Shown here: one piece after another, positions 13,060 through 24,070 of the stretch
Position numbering within the stretch: the stretch's first letter is position 1
Layout: every line of letters begins with the position of its first letter
Assembly (NCBI RefSeq): GCF_006345805.1
Contig: NC_043018.1
Coordinates: forward strand, 10,044,001-10,108,000
Direction of reading: 5' to 3'
DNA: 64,000 nt
Origin: Octopus sinensis
Lineage: Eukaryota
Made by a program: the position numbers and the translations under genes
The notes under the pieces: model-generated
The model's database searches: none
The model's input: the letters and a program-made list of their open reading frames with translations, nothing else
Told to the model about the DNA's origin: nothing

Positions 13060-14414
13060 AGTTTTTATGATTATGTATAGAAGAATAGATTAATCATTGA
13101 GATTCCACCCTAGTGTGATTTTCACATTTTATTATTTACAATTTTGCAATATTGTAATAACAGAATATATATATATTATATATATATATATATATCATCA
13201 TCATCATCATCATCATCATCGTTTAATGTTCGTTTTCCGCGCTAGCACGGGTTTGGACGGTTTCGACCGGGTCTGGGGAGCTAGGGACTGCCCCAGCTCC
13301 AGTCTAGTCTGGCAGTGTTTCTACAGCTGGATGCCCTTCCTAACGCCAACCACTCCGTGAGTGTAGTGGTGTTTTTTTTACGTGCCACCTGCACAGGTGC
13401 CAGAGGGTCTGGCATCGGCCACGTTCGGATGGTGCTTTTTTTATGTGGGGGGAGGGCAGAAATATGGGGAGCACCAGTGGGGAGGGGTGGTTCAGAGAAA
13501 TGATGACAGGTTCTAGGTAAGTAGAACGTAGGATATCAAGAGAGAGGTAATGCATGGTGGAAATAGCGTATTGAATGGGGGTTCGAAGAGTAGACACCTA
13601 TAATGGTGGTGGGAGAAGCGACATCCGGTATAGATGGAGCAAAAATATAGAGATATCCGGTATTGGTGGTGGGGGTGGGCAAGGGCCGGGGCACCGGGAA
13701 TATGACGGGCTGGCTTAAAATGCTCTTAGCAAAGGAAAGGGGGGATGGCAGACAGCATAAAAGAGGAGAGAGAGAGAGAAGGGAAATAGCGAAACCCCCC
13801 CGCGAAATGGGCCGCCATTGAAAAAACCCCTGTATGGAGAAATAATATGCAATACGAGCGAAGCTGAAAATGTAATAATAATAATAATATATATATATAT
13901 ATATATATATGTGAAGGCGCATGGCTCAGTGGTTAGAGCGTCGAGCTTACGATCGTGAGGTTGTGAGCTCGAATCCCAGACCGGGCTGCGTGTTGTGTTC
14001 TTGAGCAAGACACTTTATTTCACGTTGCTCCAGTTCCCTCGCCGGACTTGTGTCTAGGAGGGTAACTTTCTAGATGCAATCCCATGTGTCTGTCTCGTGA
14101 CCGAAGGGGGTCTTCATATGTATATATATATATATATATATACTAGCTGGCCCCGTGTCACCAAAAATTACGGATAATTGTAGTATTTTATATATAAATA
14201 AGGTACATAATAATCACACACACAAATATTCGCATACTTCCCTTGTACATGCACACATATACACAAAGAGTTAAAATGCTGATTTCTTTTCACCCCTTCC
14301 TTCTATATTCATCTGTTATCCCTTCCTTTCTCTTATTGCTATTACTCTCACTACTTCTCCTTCACTGAATTACTATTTTCTCTCCGTCTTCACGTCCCAC
14401 ATGATTCTGGACAA

Positions 14415-14445
<31 letters not shown>

Positions 14446-14607
14446 TACATATATACATATACATATATACATATACATATATACATATACATATATATAT
14501 ATACATATATATATACATATATATATACATATATATATATACATATATATATATACATATATATATACACATATATATATATACATTATATATACATATA
14601 TATATAC

Positions 14608-14656
<49 letters not shown>

Positions 14657-15974
14657 AATATATAAAAACACTACGCTTATTATTATATTAGGAGATATAT
14701 TGTGATAAAAGTAGTACTTTCATACATTATGCAATCATCAGGTTCATGTAGTGACAGTCATGTTTCACAATTGACAACTCTATGTGTGTGTGTGTGTATA
14801 TATATGTGTGTATGTATATATATATATATATATACACATATATACACACTCATGTTTTGAGTTCTATTTTTCCTGCTTGCATTGCCAAACCTATGTTTAC
14901 ATCTATCTGTCTATCTGCCATGTAAAAAGCACTCAGTCCACTCTGATGGGTGGTTGGTGTTAGGAGGGGCATCCAACCATAAAAGCCCTGCCAAAACAGA
15001 TACAGAAGCCTGGAGCAGGCTCCCGCCTGGCCAATTCTTATCAAACTGTCCAGCCTGTGCTAGCATGGAAGGTGAACATTAAATGATAATGATGATGATG
15101 TATAGACACATATGTGTATCTGTTTATGCATGTGTGTGTGTATGCTTGTGTTCCCTTGTGATCATGCATGATGGTTGCAAGCAAAAGTCAGCATCGTATA
15201 AATAGTGTTGTACATTTCCAATCTCCCATGAAAACATGTCTGGTCAATGGGAAAGATTAATCTTGGTTGCAAAACAGGTATGGGTTGGTAACAGGAAAGG
15301 CATCCAGTTACATTTGTATTGACTCCTGTAATTTATCACTTCTGATGAATCAACAGAGATTTATATATATATATATATCATCATCATCCAGTGTTTTAAA
15401 TCTGGATTTTGTCCTCGTTAACAGGGGTGGCCAGATCTACCTTAATGTCATAGCAACCGAGATAGGCAGGTGCAGCCTACTCCAACCATTGGACTGGCTG
15501 GTGTCCATTCTCTTTTGCTATCATGAGGCTTTCTTGGAGTTGGATTTTCTGTGGGTTGGTATATACCCTTGCTTACCCCTAACCTCAGTTCCTAGATACG
15601 AGTGGTCCTGAAACCAAGGCCTCTACCACAGTTTTTAAGAAATGTGATGGAAAACTAACTCAGGGAGACAGGACCGCTACTCCCTGAGACCCCTTTCGGA
15701 GACCCCCATCACCAATATATATATATGGATTTTCCCACTGTTAGAGAATGTATAAGGGTTCATCAATTTCTTACCAAACAACCACACAGATGATTTGTTT
15801 ATGGTGATCAAATGTCTGTGTAGAGATAAGCTCACTCCCTCCATCAGATCGACATTACCTGCACAGGTACCACATACCAGGTGATGAAATGATCACAGAA
15901 CAATGTGAAATGAAGTGCCTTGCTCAAGAACACAATCCTGAGTGCAACACCTCAACCACTAAGCCATGTGCCTT

Positions 15975-16096
15975 CACACACACACACACACACACACCAC
16001 ACACACAAACACAACACACACACAAACACACACACAAACACACACAACACACACACACACACACCACACACACACACACACAAACACACACACAAA

Positions 16097-16129
<33 letters not shown>

Positions 16130-16157
16130 CACACACACAACACACACACCACAAACA

Positions 16158-16188
<31 letters not shown>

Positions 16189-16259
16189 ACACACACACAA
16201 CACACACACACACACACACAACACACACAAACACACACACACACAACACACACACACAC

Positions 16260-16299
<40 letters not shown>

Positions 16300-16343
16300 A
16301 CACACACACACAACAACACACACACACACACAACACCCACACA

Positions 16344-16400
<57 letters not shown>
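15975..16400. repeat. Interrupted (CA)n tract
   Basis: Direct reading. Confidence 0.95.
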
Positions 16401-16403
<3 letters not shown>

Positions 16404-16663
16404 AACAGATGAGATCAAATGAATGTCTAATATAGAAGACACTTAGCAGCAGTCAAAAGCTTTGGTCTTACACTCTGAAATGTTTAGAGAGGATCAAGTC
16501 GTAAGGCCAAAGAGTGGCCGTGAGGGGAATCCAAGGGAGCAGAGATGGAGACAAGGTTTCAAATAAACGGATAAAATGCATTGGGTTTGATATACAGAAT
16601 ATACACGTATACAAGGTAAAAGGAAAGTACAGTTCTATATCAAAGAGATAAGGAATTATTTAC

Positions 16664-16927
16664 ATTATTTACATTTGACAGATATTTGTCCTCATCTTGT
16701 TTGTTGTTAACACGTTTCGGCTGATATACCTTCCAGCCTTCATCAGGTGCCTTGGGGTAAATTTCAAACCTGGGTTCTCATTCCTAAGGTATTTTTCGAT
16801 GTTATTATGATTATGATTATGATTATTATTATCATTATTATTATTATTATGCCTGTCGGCATATGGCGTAGTGGTTAAGAGCATGGGCTACTAACCCCTA
16901 GATTCCGAGTTTGATTCCAGGCAGTGA

Positions 16928-16972
<45 letters not shown>

Positions 16973-17112
16973 CAACATTGAAAACTACCTTGGGAATGAG
17001 AACCCAGGTTCAGAATTTCTCCAAGACACCTGATGAAGGCTGGAGGGTATATCAGCCGAAACGTGTTAACAACAAACAAGATGAGGACAAATATCTGTCA
17101 AATGTAAATAAT
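16664..17112. repeat. Inverted pair of ~145-bp repeats (16664-16808 and about 16970-17112) with hammerhead-like core, enclosing a SINE head and (ATT)n/(AAT)n
   Basis: Arms are near-identical reverse complements; both carry CTGATGA-A-GGCTG-loop-CAGCC-GAAAC. Confidence 0.8.
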
Positions 17113-17266
17113 AATGAAAAAGGAAAGGCTGAACATTTCCAGATGGCTAACATTCAAGTATATATATATATACATATATATATATACACATACATATTTA
17201 TTTATTTATATACATATATATTTATTTATTTATATACATATATATTTATTTATTTATATATATATA

Positions 17267-17340
<74 letters not shown>

Positions 17341-17430
17341 ATGTAGATAGATAGATAGATAGAGATATATACATTTATATATAAATAGATGAGTGTATTT
17401 TTCCTTTGTTAACAACTAACAAGGAAGTTC

Positions 17431-17517
17431 ACTTCCCTGAAGAGAAAATTGCATTGTTTTATACCATTTATTCTTTTGAATAATATCAGTGAAATCTTCG
17501 AAACATGTGTCGAAAGT
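17431..17517 (+). ncRNA. Type I hammerhead motif with extended stem II, intact core
   Basis: ACTTCC-CTGAAGA-GAAAATT...AATCTTC-GAAA-CATGT-GTC-GAAAGT; single mismatches in stems I and II. Confidence 0.55.
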
Positions 17518-17810
17518 AAAAGTATTTGATTTATACCTGCGTTAAACTCCATTTATTTATTTATATATAAATATATATGTAACATATGGTGTAATTATAA
17601 ACAGGGCAAATTTTAGCCATTTCTCTGTAAACTGAAAAAAATTATGAACAACCTTAATCAAGTTAATCAACTTTCAAACCTAATTGGGTTCTCACCAGAG
17701 GCATTTTCATCATTCCTGAGAGAAACAAGCAGCCAAACTGTTTATATACTCAACAAATGCAGCATATATATATATACATACATACGTACATACATACATA
17801 CATACAAAAT

Positions 17811-18001
17811 GTGACCGCGTGTGTACCGTTGGCGATTTTTTTCCCTCCGTCTTCCCTTCTCTGGATCTTTCCTTTTCCTATGTTTCTGACGAAGAGCTCC
17901 ACTCAAGACATAAACCCTCCTTCTTCCCTTCCTTCTTCAGCGTCCAATAATACTATATTTGTTCCACATCCTCGCGTTGTTGTGTTTTCATGTTTGGATT
18001 A

Positions 18002-18004
<3 letters not shown>
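17811..18004 (+). mobile_element. Same hammerhead-bearing repeat, copy 2 (GAAAC decayed)
   Basis: Collinear with copy 1; core reads CTGACGAAGAGCTCCACTCAAGACATAAAC. Confidence 0.7.
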
Positions 18005-18037
<33 letters not shown>

Positions 18038-18435
18038 TAGAGCAAACTCACTTGGATTACATAGATCAAAAGGTTAGAGGAGAAAAGGTATGATATTACA
18101 AGTCCGACAGCTGTTTCCGGAGGGAGAGGGGCTTGGAGTTACCTCACAATGTTGGCAGATGTAGCTCACCAAAAATTTATACCCAGTAATGTAAACAAAC
18201 AAACATTGGAAAAATTGAGCCTCCTTTTTTTCAGGGTGGAGAGCTCTCCAAGCTTCCTAGAACATAGCCATAGGGTGGACCTATATGTCGACAAAATTGT
18301 TGATGTGGGCTGAATTACAGGAAATTAATGAAAAGTTGCCCCATACAAATTGCCAGTTAAACTGTCGTATTTCCCTACCTTCTTTGCAACCTTTCTCACT
18401 GAAATCCCTGATCGTGGATTAGTGTACCCCTTTAT

Positions 18436-18670
18436 AAGGCGATGAGCTGGCAGAAACGTCAGCACGTCGGGCAAAATGCTTAGTGGTATTTTGTCTGCCG
18501 CTACGTTCTGAGTTCAAATTCCGCCGAGGTCGACTTTGCTTTTCATCCTTTCGGGGTTGATTAAATAAGTACCAGTTACGCACTGGGGTCGATATAATCG
18601 ACTTAATCCGTTTGTCTGTCCTTGTTTGTCCCTTCTGTGTTTAGCCCCTTGTGGGTAGTAAAGAAATAGG
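18436..18670 (+). mobile_element. SINE family C with Nin/Deu-like central domain; representative copy
   Basis: GTCGACTTTGC(C/T)TTTCATCCTTTCGGGGT(C/T)GAT(A/T)AAATAAGTACCAG resembles the Nin-domain consensus. Copies at about 12520-12738(-), 33165-33345(-), 47390-47540(+), 54110-54230(-), 56706-56935(-), 59218-59358(-), with many fragments in 19000-19880 and 32600-33520. Confidence 0.7.
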
Positions 18671-19208
18671 TATTGAAATATATTTTGAAAATAATAGATG
18701 CCAGAAAGCTGATAAAATACTTACTTGTAGGTAATTATATATAGAAATATCTAATTTAAGATTGTCAGAAGCTTTTGCAGTCTTTATCTTTCACGAGATT
18801 GGTTACTATAGCAACAGACTAAAAAATGGTAACATGGTATTTTTAATACTGAAGACATTTTGTGAAATATGGCTTGATTAAGAAAAAGATATTAGTCTTT
18901 AATATTCGAGTTTATTGATTTTGCTATTCATGAAATATTCCTTACAGTAAATGGCATCGTCATTGAAAACCTGTATAGTAACAACAACAACAATAATAAT
19001 GAAATACTGGTTTCAAATTTTGGTACAAGGCCAGCAATTTCTGGAGAGGGGACTAAGTTGATTACATCACCCCCACCCCCCTCCCAGTGATCAACTGGTA
19101 CTTATTTTATCGACCCGAAAAGGATGAAACGTAAAGTCAACCTCAGTGGAATTTGAACTCAGAACATAGTGATGGGCAAATTACCGCCAAGCATTTCGTC
19201 TGGCAAGC

Positions 19209-19249
<41 letters not shown>

Positions 19250-19467
19250 GTTTCAAATTTTTGCCATAAAGGCAGCAATTTTTGTGGGAGGGGATTAGTC
19301 TATTACATCGACTCCAGTATGCAACTGGTACTTAATTTATCGACCCTTAATGGAGGAAAGGTAAAGTCAACCTCGGTGGAATTTGAACTCAGAATGTAGC
19401 AACAGGCAAAATACTGTTAAGCATATTGTCCAGCATGCTAATGATTCTGCCAGCTCACTGCCTTAAT

Positions 19468-19503
<36 letters not shown>

Positions 19504-19935
19504 GTGATAATGATAATAATATTCCTTTCTACTGTAAGCACAAGGCCTAAAATTTAGGGAAGGATAGTTGATCACATCGACCCCAGTGTTTCACTGGTAC
19601 TTAATTTATCGACCCCAAAAACATGAAAAAAAAGTCGACCTCAGTGGAATTTGAACTCAAAATGTAGCAGCAGATGAAATGCTGCTAAGCACTTCACCCA
19701 GCATGTTGACGATTCTGCCAAGGGGTCTAGTTGATTACACTGACCCCAGTAATTGACCGGTACTTATTTTATTGATCTCCGAAATGATGGAAGGCAAAAT
19801 CGACCTCAGCTGAATTTGAACTCAGAATGTAAAACAAGAAGTGCTGCTAAGTGTTTTGTCTGGTGTCTTAACAATTCTGCCAGCTTGCTGCCTTCGGCCA
19901 CGAAAGACAGCCATAAAAGCTAGAAGTACATGTAT

Positions 19936-20098
19936 AGGCGCAGGAGTGGCTGTGTGGTAAGTAGCTTGCTAACCAACCACATGGTTCCGGGTTCAGTCCC
20001 ACTGCGTGGCATCTTGGGAAAGTGTCTTCTGCTATAGCCCTGGGCCGACCAATGCCTTGTGAGTGGATTTGGTAGACGGAAACTGAAAGAAGCCCGTC

Positions 20099-20137
<39 letters not shown>

Positions 20138-20330
20138 TGTGTGTGTTTGTGTGTCTGTGTTTGTCTCCCTTGACAACCGATGCTGGTGTGTTTACGTCCC
20201 TGTCACTTAGCGATTTGGCAAAAGAGACCGATAGAATAAGTACTGGGCTTACAAAGAATAAGTCCCGGGGTCGATTTGCTTGACTAAAAGGCGGTGCTCC
20301 AGCATGGCCGCAGTCAAATGACTGAAACAA

Positions 20331-20340
<10 letters not shown>
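19936..20340 (+). mobile_element. tRNA-derived SINE family A (CORE-like domain), bipartite with internal (TA)n(TG)n; representative full copy
   Basis: A box TGGCTGTGTGG, B box GGTTCAGTCC, CORE-like ACCTTGGGCAAGTGTCTT, and 3' tail CATGGCCGCAGTCAAATGACTGAAAC + (AG)n. Other copies at about 8835-9222(-), 9584-9980(+), 25740-26100(-), 27865-28255(+), 33765-34205(+), 44895-45272(-), 55775-56175(-). Confidence 0.8.
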
Positions 20341-20363
<23 letters not shown>

Positions 20364-21177
20364 TGTGCAAGAATAAATGCAAAGACTGGAAAGTGAATGA
20401 TGACAGGGCCATAAAGAGGAAAGTATGCATAGGCACACGAGGAGCAGTGCTAGGGAATTTAAAGAACCATACTGGTGCCACGTTAAAAGCACCCAGCACA
20501 TAGTGTAAAGGCTTAGAAACCAAGCCAAGTCAGACTGGAGACTGGTGCAGATCTTCAGCTTGCCAGGTCTGGTAAAACTGTCCAACCCATGCCAGCATGG
20601 AAGATGGATGCTAAATGATGATGATGGAATTTTTGATGATGCAGATAATGTGTTTTCTTGAAAATATTGCGTATTGCTGATAATGTAGTATGTTGTTGAT
20701 AATGTTGGATATTGTTGATAATGTTGGATATTGTTGATAATTTTGGATATTGTTGATAATTTTGGATATTGATAATAATGTTTGTTGCTGATAATATTGT
20801 ATACTGTTGATAACATTGACTATTTTGTTAGTGTTGTATTTCCCTTAAATTTGTATATTGTTGATAACACAGCATTTTGCCACTCCTATTGTATCATCAT
20901 CATCACCATCGTTTTAACATCCACTCCCTCCGTGCTTGCATGGGTCAGATGGAATTTGTTGAGGCAGATTTTCAAAGGCCAGATGCTCTTCCTGTCACCA
21001 ACCCTTCACTTGTTTCCTAACAAGTTAAAATAACCGTTTGTTTAGATGTTTTCCAAGAAGACTGTAGATGTAAGACACCACTTCTCCTTTAGGACTGCCA
21101 TGTGATATCAAAACAGAGACACAAACACACATACACATATATATATATATGTATGTGTGTGTGTATATATATGTATA

Positions 21178-21609
21178 TCTCTCTATATATAAACGGCAGT
21201 TTGTCTGTCTGTGTGTCTGTCAGGTTGTACCCTTACCCTGACCACGGCTTTGAACCGATTCTGATGACACTTGACACACACATAGCCCAATGTCATAATT
21301 CAAAACTAACATAGTGAAAATTTTGAAAAGTTCCCCCAGTTCTGAAAAAAATCGATAAATTCGACATGGGGTCGAGAATCTAAGCTTTTTATATGCAACA
21401 CATTTTCTGTCCAGGGGACACAACACGACCATTTTATCGCCCAAAGCGACAGCTAGGAACATCGTGTACACAGAAGTATTCGAGTGAAGAGAAGACATTG
21501 CAACCTACACATGCGCCTTCGTTCCCTAGAGGGAAAGGACTAGATTGGGATTAGTCGTTGCCTACTAGGGGCTCTTACATACCCGGGCAACGCCGGGCTA
21601 TGCTGCTAG
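21178..21609 (+). mobile_element. Non-autonomous Helitron-like element
   Basis: 5' TC...TATATATAAA...GTCTGTCTGT start. 3' hairpin CCCGG-GCAACG-CCGGG followed by CTAG (21606-21609). Sits between A and T with no TSD. Confidence 0.7.
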
Positions 21610-21979
21610 TATATATATAAAGGTGCAGGCTGGCTGTGTGGTAAGAAGGTTGCTTCCCAACCACATGGCTCTGGGTTCAGTCACACTGTGTGGCACCTTG
21701 GGCAAGTATCTTCTACTACAGCCTCAATCTGACCAAAGCCTTGTGAATTGATTTAGTAAAGGAAACTGGAAGAAGTCCATTGTATATAAGGTACTTAAGT
21801 TGAAACACTTAAAATTAGTGTGGTATTATCCATACAACTTCAAAATAAGGTGAATAAAATCAAAATATGCAACAGGATATCCACCACCTCTACATCACCT
21901 CTGGATATCCTGTTGGTTATTTTGATTATATATATATATATTGGCTAAACTGGCAAAATGACCATTCCTAAATACAACA

Positions 21980-22020
<41 letters not shown>

Positions 22021-22739
22021 GATATATGTATATAAATGTATATATTATATATATGTGTGTGTGTGTGTATATATATATATATGAGTATGTATGTATAAAA
22101 ACATATATATGTATATATATATAGGCACATATATATAAAAGGACACACATTGCTTAGTGGTTGGTGTGTTGGACCCATGACCATAATATAGTGGTATTCA
22201 TGTCTGGACTGAGCGATGCATTGTGTCCTTGAGCAAAACACTTCATTTCACGTTGCTGCAGACCACTCAGCTGGCAATAGTGAGTAATCCTGCAATGGAT
22301 TGGTCTCTCATCCACGAGGGGAATATATATGCCAGAAAATCCGGGAAAAACCAACCTTATGAGTCTATATTATTGAAGAAGGAGGCATATTTGCTTCCAG
22401 TGTCAAAGGGCACTGTCACCAAAACAGGTTCGATGCCCACTCAGCCATGCCAAATCACCATCAGCCAAACAGCTGCGCCCAATTCTCTCATTCTGACTTA
22501 TTGTAGTTCATCACACAAGTCTAGTACTTTGGTGTTTGATGTCCGCCACATAAAAAATATATTGGCTTAGCTTCATTTCCTTTAAATATAAAGAAAGCAA
22601 ATTGCTGTTGTTTATCCCCAAATTGATTAAAGGTTTTCCAGTCATGGCCATTCCATTGTTTTGTATACCAGATGTCTTGCAAACAACATGCAAAAACTCC
22701 ATATCAAAAACTCCACATACCGGAAGCCAGCAAGTGTAT

Positions 22740-23290
22740 GGGGTCATCAGGAGAGAATGCGTGCCGTTTCGGGGCCTACCTCTCGACGGCATCAATGCGC
22801 ACCGGACCCCTCACTGATATGAGGCCCCGCTTGCTAGATCAGCTGGTTATCAAATGAAGCTCAATATCCTTCTAGCCATCACTCATCGTCTCTTTTTAAC
22901 CAAATCCAGTGGTTAGCCTTCTCCACTGTAGATTGGATATCGGTCATGGTGGTATTGACTTTACGATAAGTTAGGCCTAGCGATAACAACAGTCGTCTCA
23001 CACTGTGTCCAATGAACCCTCTACATCCAACTTCGATTGGAAAATGCTCTGCTTTCCATCTGCGTCTTCACATTCCTCGAGGAGGTTTACATAATGGTTA
23101 AATTTTCGAGCCCGAGTGGCGTCCATTTTATCTTCATGAGGAACCGTTAACTCGACTAGATTTACAACTTTCCTTCTTTCACACCACATCAAAATGTCTG
23201 GTTTTTTCGGGATGGGAAAGAATCCTTGGCACCCAGGTAAATCTGCAGTCACCTCCCAATAGCCATTCCACTTTTCAATGTATCTTAACT
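22740..23290 (-). mobile_element. 3' relic of a HERO-like RLE-endonuclease non-LTR retrotransposon (frameshifted) with 3' UTR
   Basis: Minus-strand translation WEVTADLPG...KKPDILMWCERRKVVNLVELTVPHEDKMDATRARKFNHYVNLLEECEDA/(shift)WKAEHFPIEVGCRGFIGHSVRRLL...VEKANHWIWLKRDDE*. The PD..ELTVP and EVGCRGF motifs are typical of HERO-clade RLE domains. Confidence 0.8.
22744..22828 (-). ncRNA. Candidate permuted hammerhead-like RNA structure in the LINE 3' UTR
   Basis: CUGAUGA (22750-22744), GAAA (22770-22767), GUC site (22787-22785) and three complementary helices of 6, 7 and 6 bp. Topology is non-canonical (see findings). Confidence 0.5.
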
Positions 23291-23379
23291 GTTTCTGAGG
23301 CAGTATGGTATGAATTGAGGGAGCTGTGGCTACTATTTATAGCAGATCAAGAAACTGTATATAGTCTCCTTGTAGAAAC

Positions 23380-24070
23380 AGGGATTGAGTGTAAAGTGGA
23401 TATTGTTAAGGTAGGCTGTAAAAGGGACAGAATTGAAGTAGACTACAAAGGGGATAGAATTGTGGTGGGGTCTGATGGGGTCACAACTGAGGTAGAGTAT
23501 AAAGGGAGCACCATTATGGTAAGCTGAAAGGGGACAATATTGAAGTAGACTGAAAAGGGGACAGAAATTAAGGCAGAATGCAAAGAGGATGGTATTGTGG
23601 CAGGTTTTGAAGGGACAGTTTTTATAGAGCAAGACAGAGATAATATATTATTGGGAGTAGAATGCAAAAGGGGACAATATTATGGTTAGCTGTAAAGGGA
23701 CTCCATCATGGTAAGACTGTAAAGGAGGCAATATTGTGGTAGACTGTTAAGGGACAGTATTGTGGAAGGTTGTAAAGGGGAGAGAATTGAGGTGAACTGT
23801 AAAGGGTACAGTATTGAGACAAGGGTAAAAGGGATAGAATTATGATAAGCTGCAAAAGGGGGCACATTTTATAGACCTTAACAGAGACAGTAAGTACTAA
23901 GGTAGAATGCAAAGTCGACTGCGAATGTGATTGAGTGAAGTAGACTTTGAAGGGGACAGAATTGTAGGAGGTTGCAAAGGAGACAGTGTTATGATAGGTT
24001 GTAAAGGGGACAGTATTGAGATAGAACGCAAAAGGAACATTGTTAAGGGGATGACACAATGGTAGGCGGA
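23380..24070. repeat. Degenerate minisatellite, ~27-bp unit (approx. CTGTAAAGGGGACAGTATTGTGGTAGA)
   Basis: Recurrent AAAGGGGACAG/ATTGT periodicity. Confidence 0.75.

Noticed and set aside
13495-13870. C/D-box snoRNA (ATGATGA ... CTGA) or coding exon in a GC-richer island
   Set aside because: Boxes are about 360 nt apart with no terminal stem; the peptide is only vaguely retroelement-like and unsupported.
13912-13990. tRNA-like sequence (also about 31010, 16855, 34540)
   Set aside because: A and B boxes are present but there is no paired acceptor stem, and each continues into a SINE body: SINE heads, not tRNA genes.
15640-15730. GC-rich hairpins suggestive of an HDV-like ribozyme at a LINE 5' end
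   Set aside because: A 9-bp hairpin is present but I could not assign P1/P2/P3/P1.1 or the catalytic C.
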